DNA of 64,000 nucleotides from Priapulus caudatus. Taxonomy: Eukaryota. The stretch lies in assembly GCF_000485595.1 (NCBI RefSeq), contig NW_014577073.1, positions 239,111-303,110 on the forward strand, written 5' to 3'. Every line of letters starts with the position of its first letter. Position 1 is the first letter of the stretch. Below the pieces are notes generated by a model. The model had not been told where the DNA came from. It did no database searches and saw only the letters and a list, made by a program, of their open reading frames with translations. Positions 53,368 through 64,000 of this stretch are shown here, in pieces. The translations under genes were made by a program, and so were the position numbers.

Positions 53368-54448
53368 GTAAGTCAGGAATGCGAAACGAAAGCTCGGGCG
53401 GCTATATAAGCTCATACGACGCGAATGCCGAGAAATCTGCACGCTGCGTTCACCGATGCAGCAGGAGAAACACTGCCCAGTGTTATGGCAGCCCTGACCA
53501 CTCTGGTCAAGGCTTCACGGTAATATTTATTCGTGAGTTTAGCCCAGTGTCCGCTGACAAAGCGTACAATACTCTCGCCGTGGTAGATCCAGCCTTCGTA
53601 TATATAACTTACAAGGCGCTCACATATGTACACATAGCGCTCTTGATTTTTCACGTAAGCTTCGACAGCAGACATTATCCATATTTCCCCCGATCCGCTC
53701 ATATAATATTTTTTCACTCATCTTTCCCGCATGCATGCATAACTCTGCTCAGCTTTAATGCAGATATTTGAGCTGGTCGGGTGAAGCCAAATGAGGCAGG
53801 CAGCATAGCAACGAGGGCTCTCACACGGCGAAGAATCAATATTACAGTGGCCTTTCAAAGGCTGCTGGATTCTTTTTTTGGCAAACAGGTCGTGTTTGCT
53901 GTTTTCATGATGAACTTTGTTTGCACTGATTTCAAGTTTGTTCACTGGCCGCTTCCTCAATGCGAAATCCTGAATACACCAAGCCCATCATGTGACGCAC
54001 ACAATGAACAGCACAAAAGCAAACCCCCGTAACCTTATCTTACGGTCATGGTGGTGTTTTCCTTTTCTCGGCGTCACCCATTTCTTACGGTTATGGTGGT
54101 GTTTTCTTTTTCTCGGCGTCACCCATTTGACGTGTTCACATCATCAGTTCTGTCCAGTCCGGTTATACTTCAAGGTAAACAAACCCGCCGACGCTAGAAA
54201 TGAGGAAGTTATTATTAAAAAAATAACCCGAGCGCTCGTCAGGCACACGTCACGGTAACGAACCTATCTGTCTTTCACCCAGCCTGTTATAGTTATGTCA
54301 GCACTGTGTGGCGTATTGCGAAACCCCCTTCATCATGGGAAACTCAGTACTTGACATACAGACATGATATTACACTAAGGACGCCTAATATCGTCCTAGC
54401 CGATGCTGTGCATGTTGTTTAAGCTATAGACTGGTGTATCCACCATCG

Positions 54449-54498
54449 CAAGAGTAGATAATAACACATATTATAACATGTGTTATTATCTACTCTTG
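54449..54498. mobile_element. Micro foldback element, copy 3
   Basis: accatcg|caagagtagataataacaca ... tgtgttattatctactcttg|atcatag (5/7 TSD match). Confidence 0.68.
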
Positions 54499-55092
54499 AT
54501 CATAGCAAAACGTGGAACGGAATCCGTAGGTGTCCGTAGGCCAACGTAGATATGGATGAAGATCTGCGAGCGATTACGCGCAATTATACACGTTTATTTA
54601 CTTCAGTATTTTGCACTTGCATTTCTCTATTGACACACCCAGTTACGTCACTGGTGGTCAGCTATAGTCATCCGCAGCAGATCGACTTGTCATGCGACTG
54701 GGCCGACCATCTAAAGCTATTATAATACTCCCAGTCCGATTGACGATGCGTAGTTTGTATGTTTAGGATCTATTTAGGGTCGGCGTGCTTCTAGGCCCGC
54801 TATGCGCGCTGCTTGATTCAGGAGTGTCGTAATAGTGCGGCTTTCTATAACTACAGCGGGACACGGCTGTTTGCCGTGCCGTATGGCCCTATTAGCCCCC
54901 ATGCACATCCTATAGGTCCCGTTGCCTTCAAGGGCAGTGTGCGATCTTCTGCATTTACTGGTTGGTGTCTGTCTATGTTAGCGTCTGCTAGAGTCCTGAG
55001 CTCTAAGTACTGAGGTCGTTCTTCATTAAAGCGTCTCTAGTTTCAACGTCTGCCTGTGTAAGTCGCGAATGAGGGGACGTCACTGTGCGCGA

Positions 55093-55292
55093 GGGTGGCG
55101 CCATCTCGTTGCGGTGGGTGGCGCCATCTCCATGCCGTGGGTGGCGCCATCACACTGGTGTGGGTGGCACCCTCTCACTGCCGTGGGTGGCGCCATCTCG
55201 TTGCCGTGGGTGGCACCCTATCCTCTCACGGTTATGGCATCCTCATATTGTTGGAGGGGTGGCGCAACCTCGGCGCACGAGGCGCCATCTCT
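55093..55292. repeat. 23-bp GC-rich minisatellite (about 6 good units plus degenerate tail)
   Basis: Unit gggtggcgccatctcgttgccgt at 55093, 55116, 55139, 55162, 55185, 55208. Confidence 0.9.
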
Positions 55293-56316
55293 ATGCGTGA
55301 GGCGCATGAATGGGGGGTCCCGTTTCCGTGGTTTTATGGCCTAGCTTTCTACTGGCTCAATGCTAGTCGGCAGCAATAGTTTTTGCGAGGCACGAAAACT
55401 GTGTGAAGGTCTCTTTGTGCGTTTTTTGCGACTTTCCGTGCCGTGAGTCACGGCGGGTTGCATCTCTCGCAGTATCTTGCGCGTGCAGGAGCTGTATTTT
55501 CTTGTGGAAACGCGAGCAGGAGAACTATAGCGGCCACGGTTTGTATGTGCATACAATCAAGATACCATGTACTCGCGAGACCTTCGCTGCTCGGCGCATT
55601 AAAATGGTCGCGCGTGTCTCACTGAACACCTTTGTCTCCTGTTTAAACATCATCGGCATGCGCGAGGCGCACGGAGTCATGGTAACGCATACGCGCTGGC
55701 TTCGATTAGGGTGGTCCGTTTTCTTTGCACAGTCATATGTAGAGCGTAGCAAAACGATTCGTAATTGTCTCGCGCACGCATCTTTCCGGCAAATAGCATC
55801 TGACTATAGCCGCACTAATGCGCATCAGTGTAAGGCAGTGCTGTCATATAACGCATCCCCGCGCGTGTGCGTGTCTCTCTCTCTCTGACTAACCGACTCA
55901 CGGCTCAATTTCCCGCAGCGTCACCTCTCTCGCTCGCCAGACAGACAGCTTTTTAAAACATGCGAGGCGTGTTTATCGATTGCGCGTCTCTTTTAGCTGT
56001 GCATACATCATTCGCGTTACAGCCCCGGAGTCACGGCTGCAGAGATTCCTTCTGGCACGTGCTGTGCGTGCGCCTCCCCCCTCCCGCGCGGGTCTCCTTC
56101 TCTCCTTGTCGGAGGGGTCGTATCGATGGCTGCTTTATCTCCGCATCATCGCGCTCATTATCGGCGTGTAATCTAGAAGTAACGTGTAAACTCTGTTTGT
56201 TCAGCCAACAGTGTTATTGTGAGAGAATATACGGAGCAGTCACTTTCTCCGATCGATTTTTAGCCGCTTGCGCCTCTGGTTACGCTAAGCACTTTCGTTT
56301 GCCCACTGCCGCAGAT

Positions 56317-56587
56317 GGGGTCGTTGTATCAGGTACTACAGATATGTACCCGAGGTAGTTTTAGGTTGTTTAGTATTATTTTTATATTTTTATATCAGGT
56401 ATGTTTAGGGTTAGGGTTAGGGTTAGGGTTAGAGTTAGGGTTAGGGTTAGGGTTAGTGTTAGGGTTATAGAGTACACGTCTGTAGTACAAGTTTGGTACA
56501 CTTCTGTAGTACAAGTCTGGTACACTTTGTGTATACATATATGCACCTCGGGTACATATCTGTAGTACCTGATACGACAACGACCCC
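56317..56587. mobile_element. TIR MITE carrying an internal ~(TTAGGG)10 array
   Basis: ggggtcgttgtatcaggtactacagatatgtacccgaggt ... acctcgggtacatatctgtagtacctgatacgacaacgacccc; TTAGGG array ~56405-56466 with two variant units. Confidence 0.8.
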
Positions 56588-57244
56588 TTGAGCCCCACTG
56601 TCTGTCGCATTCTGTTTTATTACTGTCCGTTTGTGTGTGTGATTTTATGTAGGTCTGTCATTCTGTCTGTCGCGTTACTCCATCTTTCAATCAGTTAGTT
56701 AGTCTTTTAATCAGTTAGTTAGTTGGTCAGTCTATCTGTGTTAATTCTTCCTTTTTCCCTCCCTCTCGCGCTTGCTCTCGCTGTTTATCTCTTATCTCTA
56801 TCTTGCCCCCATTAGCATCTATCTCTCTTACTCCTGCGTCATCCGGGGCTCGTTTTTCACCTCGCTTGTGCATGTTCTCTTATGTTGCTACACCCCTTCA
56901 GCATACGCAATCTCTGAGATTATTTACCCCTGATAATCTCACATTTTCTTGTGACCTATAACCGCTATACCATTTCTGTGCGGTTTTCATGTTTTACGTG
57001 TTTTTTATACAGCTGAATAGTTCTTCGGTGAAGATTTCTTTGTCTACGTAGCCTTGTTTTTTTCTCTCTGCAAAAATACAGTGTACCTCTATTACAATTT
57101 GCTCACACCTAGAGTTAGTTGGTAATTTGTTCTTAGGTCATTAGGTTGCAGCAGGTTTATACAGCGCGTGAGACTCGAATTGAGGAGAGTTTAATTGACT
57201 TTGGAGTGACATAAACGCGACAGATCGCCGTCGCTTCGGTTTAA

Positions 57245-57734
57245 AGCGGCACAATGCGCATCCAAACGCTCCAGTACTAGACTAGCAAATACTTCGTGGC
57301 ATGCATAATCACACTACCTTATGACAAAATAAACTCTAGTTGCTCCCATTTCACTGCGCGTTTGCTTAAAACCCACAAGAAAGAAGTGCGAAAACTGGCG
57401 CCAACGCCGACTTGTTTGCCAAACAATTTAGCCTCGAAGTGTGAACAATTTAGGTTACGTCACATGTTTTTATCTTTGCTACACCCGTACCGCTGTACCG
57501 CAGCACCGCTGTACCGCAGCACCACTGCACGGTTGCTTGGGGAAACTGTCAACAACATCGGAGAATTTGAACAACATTGGAGGTATTTTCAAATACCCTT
57601 TATAAGACAACGCGCAGTGAAATGGGAGGAACTAGAGTTTATTTTGTCATAAGGTAGTTGTGATTATGCATGACACGAAGTATTTGCTAGTCTAGTACTG
57701 GAGAAATTAGCGTTTGGATGCGCATTGTGCGGCT
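57245..57734. mobile_element. Kolobok-type MITE with long TIRs, copy 2
   Basis: ttaa|agcggcacaatgcgcatcc ... ggatgcgcattgtgcggct|ttaa; same family as 40639-41139. Confidence 0.82.
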
Positions 57735-59761
57735 TTAATTGGGAAACAAATACCTGCGTGCCACGTCGCAGAATCTGTACGCCGTTCCACTTTTGCTGAT
57801 CGATGGGCGATATAACAGACACGTAAAAGTAACAGTAAGTATTTGTCACGGCACGACAAAGAGATGGGTTGTCGGAGAAATGCTGGCCTATATAGAGTGA
57901 GTTAGTGAACGGACAAGTGGCCTTAATTTTTGAGTGTCGAAATGGATCGTATTTTTAGAGTCGTATAAGTTTCACATACAAGAAGTGTTTGAATAGAATC
58001 TTTTACGGGCGCTGCTTGCAAGTAGTATAGCCGTGGCAGTGATGGATTGGAGAACTGACCCCCACACCGATGGGGATCGTGAAGTGAGATAGTTACGTTT
58101 ATCCCCTAATAGCGACTGGACCGCAATGCAGGCAGCGGTGTGTGTTCGGTTTAGTCCGCTCAGTTTGAATACTTTCAGACGAACCCATGGGTCTGGTCCA
58201 CCGTAAATGTAGCGAACGTGGCGTGTGTGCGTGCGTGCGTGCGTGCGAGCGTGCGTGCGTTCGTGCTTGTGTGTGTGCTTGCGCGGTGTGTGCGCGTGCG
58301 TGCATGTCTGTGGGCGTACGTGTGTTCGTGCTTGTGTGCCTGCTTGCGCGTGTGTGCGTGCGTGCGCGTGTGTGCGTGCGTGCGCGCGTGAGTCCGGGTG
58401 ATATGGATGCTCGCTGGTGGTGGTAACCAGCGTTGCTAACGAGACAGACACCATTATGTAGGCGACTGTCTCCGGTCGAATGACTCATTGCTGTCCCCCC
58501 GCACTCTTATCATGAATACCAAATGCGTCTCTCTCTCCCGGCGCGCTCCCCGCGACTCTCTGATTTCATTGCTGGCGAATATCAGAAATCGGTATGCTTC
58601 CCAGAAATGTGATTGTAACCCGTGCGCATCAGCGAGCCCGCCGTATAAGAATTCACGGCACATGTGCTTCCCGCGTAGCGATAGCGGGGATTCTTGCAGG
58701 GTTTCTTTGTGCCGAAACTTCAAGCTATCAGACGATGTAGCCAATTTGGGCGCGGAAGGCGTGCTTCTGCGCGTATAGTGAGTGTTTGTGTGGACTCCAT
58801 TGATGCGGCAGCTGCTGGGCTCGCCGGGGTGGCACGTAGCCTGTGGGCAGCCATACACTGCTAACCTACTGCGACTGTTTCCTCGGGCAAACGCGCTCGG
58901 AATTCCGAGAGCCGCGAGATTAGCGCAGCAGTAGCAGAGGCAGCGGTCTGTTGCGCTTAAATGGTGTGCATTGTGTCTAACCAGGTTATTGTCCGTCGAT
59001 GTCCGAGGCACGAGAGAAAACCGCGCGCGCATTCTAGCATTCATTCTAGTATTCATTCTAGCAGCACCCGCCTGCGTTGGCTGCCACCTCCCCCCGCATG
59101 AAAAAGGAAAGGAATGGAGGAATTACACGAGGCTACATCCTATTCTGTCTACTACTGTGATTAGCATCTTCATGCTATTATGGTTTGCCTCCTGCTTTAA
59201 CTTGCAGTACGTAGTTATGCGTGGGCATTTCTAATTCTGCGCGCGACAGGTGTTGGTATAGTTGCTAGCCTGAAATGTAAAAAGATCAGGACCTTAGGTG
59301 TAGAAGCAAAGATACTACCAAGTCTTTTCTTTGGTAGAAGGAAGAATAGGTGTAAGTGTAACCTGTACGTCTGATGGCCGGATTACGTGTTGTGCCAGAT
59401 TTAAAGATTAAAGATTCGTAAGATTTAAAGTTGTGGAATTCATCAGGCTCGTGCTCTGGTGTAGAATGTTGAACCCTAGCGGGGCAGTGCTGACACAGCT
59501 CTGAGATGTGTAAACCCTGAAAGGTATGAGTTCCTCAGGGCACCAACCCTTATCACATTTTTCGTCTCGCACTAGTTTTAGATCTGCTATATATCGAACT
59601 GGAAGCAGACTACGAGTGGAAGCAGCAGCAGCAGCGGCGGTGGCGGCGGCGGTGGCGGCAGCAGTAGCAGCAGCACGAGCTACCGTTTTTGCTGTGATGA
59701 TTTCACATCTGTGAACGATGATGGTGGTGTAGTATGGTATACATACGTACGTGCATCCCTC

Positions 59762-59801
59762 TAGGAGTAAATAATCACAAATCTTTGATTATTTACTCCT
59801 G
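59762..59801. mobile_element. Micro foldback element with perfect 7-bp TSD, copy 4 (40 bp)
   Basis: ATCCCTC|taggagtaaataatca ... tgattatttactcctg|ATCCCTC. Confidence 0.75.
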
Positions 59802-60196
59802 ATCCCTCCTATGTCACAAGTGTTCCCTCTCTACTTTGCGCACGGGCAATTCAGCTAACAGCTGAGTCACAATAATGACGCGCCCTGCTAGACATGTCCA
59901 TGGCCAGAGGGGGGATGTTTGCGATAGGGGGGAGGTATACCATGGGCATTGCGGTGTCAACGGCGCGCTCTCCGCCTGGCGAGGCAAGCCGCTTTGGTAG
60001 CGACCGCGAACCGCAGTGTTACTCATCCGTCTGGCTTCACGCATCACGAGGGAGCATTCGATTCGTGCTGCAGGCTAGCTATGAGTAAGAGGAAGCCTAG
60101 CTGCTGCGATCGTTGCTACGTACGCCCCAGAGTCTCAATGACCAGCGGGAAATACACCGCCGTCGCCGTTGCGATTGACAGGCGCCAACCACATCC

Positions 60197-60217
60197 GTGT
60201 GTGCGTGCCTGCGTGTG

Positions 60218-60277
<60 letters not shown>

Positions 60278-60279
60278 GA

Positions 60280-60353
<74 letters not shown>
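60197..60353. repeat. (GCGT)n microsatellite
   Basis: Directly visible. Confidence 0.95.
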
Positions 60354-61371
60354 CGGGTCTTCGATAGTTGACGCCTTTTCGCTCCCGAGCATGATGCTTG
60401 TGACTTGAATAATTATGAGTTTTTTTCGAGTTGTTTCCTAGTGGCGAAGCGTGCCTGCGAAATGTCACATTGGTTCTTGAATGACGTCATTGATGTGATA
60501 GATGTCAACATCCGTTGTGTCAACGAAATTAATTAAATTAATTGTTTTTATAAAGTCGGCTGGCCATACGTACAGCTGCTACTGTTCGACGAATATATAT
60601 ATATTGGCAAGAGTACATACACTGGACTTCTTCTAGTGTATACAATAGAATGTGACCCCATGCGCCCTCCACCGGCAGCATCACACTTTAACAATGTTAG
60701 AAGCATTCCTCATATTCTTGATAGTGCTGAGACAGTTGCTTGTGCGTTGGCCTAGACTAAACCCATAGGGACATATCATAGACTTACCACTATAGGCTTC
60801 ATTCAAGGCAGAGCTGTAGGCTGCACTACAGGACAGCACTCGAGTGGGTTGGGAGCGTTATTAGAGACGCGACTGTACGTAGGCTGCCTAAACTAGCAGT
60901 GTTTCATCCTCCGGTCGCAATCGAATTATTTCGTTACTGAAGACGGTCGGTAATTGTGTGTGCTGTACAGTATTGGGGCCAACATCGGGTCCCAGTGTGT
61001 ATGAGGACAGCAGTAATAATGTCGTTGCTCATCGGGGTTCCGTTAGCGGTTAGGGGGAGAAGAGGAATTCGTGTCTAAGCTGTCTTATAGTTTCTCTATG
61101 ATTAGTCTTCATCACGATCAGGTATCTGCTCGGAGGGTTTTCTGTCTGTGAGCGCATTCGTGAATGATACATTGTGCGTTCATCGCTTGTTAAGGTGTCA
61201 ACGCGGTTAAGAAAAGTAGAGCAGGTTGGGTTATCCTATCGCTGCTGCGCGACAGCCTCACATTCCACTAAAAGGAAAATCGATTGCTTCAAGACAAAAC
61301 GAACAAAGGAATCGGAGTCATCTTTTACGAGCGATGTTGCCGACTCGCGTTACAAATTAAAGAAGGATGAG

Positions 61372-61425
61372 ATGAAAGTTATCCGCCATTTGGAGTTTCG
61401 ATTAGGTGTGACACGTAGTGAAGAT
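61372..61425 (+). CDS. Second candidate alternative first coding exon within Girdin intron 3
   Basis: MKVIRHLEFRLGVTRSED, then GAT|GTAAGT in phase 0; short, so chance occurrence is plausible. Confidence 0.25.
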
Positions 61426-62299
61426 GTAAGTGACCAGCTGGCCACATCAGCTAAAAAACCACAGATGGTGTCGGTATATATAAATTAAAGATGTATGGGC
61501 AATTGTTCAATATCCAGTGCAACACCCTTTCGAGATGTAATTCGATTTTGCTAATCATATTTATCTAGCCTATAGTTGCGGAACTCTAGGTAATATGGTA
61601 ATATGATTGAGTGTATATAAGTGTCTAACGTCTATATGAGAAGTATACACGATTAAACATTCGACCTTCTCGACATCCACACATGTAATTCACGTCCTGA
61701 ATCCTGTTGTCATATAGATACTAACGGATAGGCGGGTACATATAATCTGTCACGTACATTCCCCTCAGCGTCTATTTAGAACGGGAAATCCTGACCGCGA
61801 AGAGGAAACGTTCGCGGGCGACATGCGTCGCATCTTTAACGCGCAGTCAGTCTGGTTAGGCCTGCTGCCGGTTGTCATGTTCAATCTGAGCGCGTGCAGC
61901 ATGAGAGAGAGAGAGAGAGCGCGATCCGCTGTTTCATAGGCCAGATTTATAAGCCCCCAATATCAACAGCAGAGAGCAGATGATCATGATTTATTTAGCA
62001 AGCGCGGTGATCACGTACTGTACGCGAGCGCAGGGCTGACATATGGCGGGTTACACGTGTGGTGGAACAGTAGCTCACAAACCCTGGGTTGCATCACTAG
62101 AAGCCCGCCGGTCATGAGGGACTGACGGAGAATAGGTGTGCGTGTGTGCACCTGCACAGTCGTACCCTCCTTGGCAGACAGCCTGGCGACGTCGAGTGGT
62201 ATACAACGCCTTCAAACAGTCGCCGTGTCTGAGAGAGCTTAGTTTATTGGAAGCGGTTATTAAATGTCTGCACGAACCCGGGATTCAGGGTGTGGGTTT

Positions 62300-62396
62300 G
62301 AGAGAGCGAAGGCGAGAAAGAGTGAGGGAGGGAGAGCGACCGAGCGAGAGGAGGAGAAAGAGAGATAGAGCGAGGGAGGGAATAGAAAGTTAGAAT

Positions 62397-62464
<68 letters not shown>

Positions 62465-62530
62465 GAGGGGAGAGAGAGAGAGAGAGACAGACAGACATAT
62501 AATTATTGCGCACGAGAGAGACAGAGACAG
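62300..62530. repeat. (GA)n microsatellite
   Basis: Directly visible. Confidence 0.92.
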
Positions 62531-64000
62531 GTATAGGCAGCGTGTGGCCTTGCAATGCGAGTTACGTGCCCCAGGTGAGAGAAAAACAGAAGCGCGAGAG
62601 TCTTATTTATGTTGCGGAGAGGTATAGCTGTGTTGACGCCGTTGACGTATCTTATTTCACGCACTTATTCCCGTCTAACACATTTAGCTGGTTTACCCTA
62701 TAGCCATAGCATTCCTCTCCAAGGTTACCCATGTACATCACACTCCACCCACAGTTATACAGATATCCCCCTCACCACGTTGGACAGAAACGTAACGTAA
62801 AGAGCACGTACGCTTTGTAACTGAAAAGGATCGAGTTTATGTTCTTTTGGTAATGTCCCCTCGCAGGTTACACAGGCACACGGTGAATTCCAACCTAACA
62901 CAGCAACGTAACATCTAGCTCTAGAACTATTAGCCCTTCGCTCTGCCACAGGCGCTTGTGTCAGAGCGAAGGGCTATAGTTCTAGAGCAATGTTATATCA
63001 TGGTAACATGCCACCTCGGCCACCCGCACGCGAGACAGCCCTAGCTGCTTCTGCTGCTGCTGCTGGTGCGCATATTGACTTCTTGATGGATGTGACTTCT
63101 GCTTATTGGAGCGAGGTTGTGTGCGCTTACTCTCGCCGTGAGCTGCGGCTGCTCCTCTCCTGCTAATATGCACTGCTGAAAGGAGGGTCTAGCAACGGGG
63201 GAGGGGAAGGGGAAGCTAGCTTGCGGGTCGTTAGCGCTGGCCAACGTGTGGCGATGCTCCGTCGCAAAGATGAACGAGGAATGTCAAGCGAGTCGCATTT
63301 GATTGCGTCGTTTTTCATATTGGAAGCCTTGATTTGTTTCCGTGAGCCGATTGCTTTGCGCTAGAAGTCGTAGTGGCGTGCGTGTAAGAGACGATGCATT
63401 CGGATTTGCAACGGAGATGAGTAATTCGGCAGTGATCTCGTTGCAATGCGATATTTGAACGCGGGTGATCACGTAACCGTAATAAGACGGAAATGACCTG
63501 CGTGTGATAACACGTCGTGTTACAGCGTAGCGTTGTATTGCGTGGATAGGGATGGCGCGAGTGCACTTGCCTTCATATTAGTTTTCGTTCCAGGTGCTGT
63601 TTCGTTACTCGCTGACCTGTGTAAATATACTAAATGTAGAATATTGTTATTAAAATAATAAACACGGTATCGCCTGCTCGCGTCGAATAAGCGGGGGCTA
63701 TTTGGTGTTTTTGGGCAAAGTGAGCCAAACAGTTATTTGGATACAGCCGGGTCTAGCTGTAGACTCAGACCAGCTGGCACCACCAGGAGCAACCCTAACG
63801 TGCTACTGGAACCTGACTCCTACGCGTTATTAATACGCTAAGAGTTATAATTAACGAAGCGATGGCTGATCGGCAATAGACTATGTAATCTGGGTTATAG
63901 CCATCTCATCGAAATAAATTAATGGATATGCGCACATGTATCCGCAGTAACGTGCAGAAAATCTGCGTCTTTATCTTCGAACGCAATCTTATTACGTAGA

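Noticed and set aside
55093..55292. Possible CRISPR-like array or repeat protein
   Set aside because: Contiguous 23-bp units without spacers; period not a multiple of 3.
56405..56466. Chromosome end or telomere fusion site
   Set aside because: Short array enclosed by TIRs within an intron, with no head-to-head arrangement.

Overview
Repeat-rich draft genomic DNA from an animal, probably an invertebrate (species not determinable), with six N-gaps and stretches that look like uncorrected, insertion-rich long-read sequence. Most ORF-track entries are microsatellite artefacts. Two protein-coding genes are supported, both on the + strand. (1) A small two-coding-exon gene (7162-8886) for a secreted Cys-rich, cystine-knot-like peptide of unassigned family; its second exon reads correctly only if three single-base insertions are removed. 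(2) The 5' end of a Girdin/Daple (CCDC88, HOOK-family) gene: three coding exons at 24420-26575, followed by an intron that appears to run to the window end and holds two candidate phase-0 alternative first exons. The rest is microsatellites, a ~545-bp satellite and many non-autonomous DNA transposons: Harbinger-type (one with a MADF remnant), Kolobok-type, hAT-type, HINE/DINE-like, tiny 7-bp-TSD foldback elements, and two TIR elements carrying (TTAGGG)n. No prokaryotic, CRISPR, rRNA or intact tRNA features were found.
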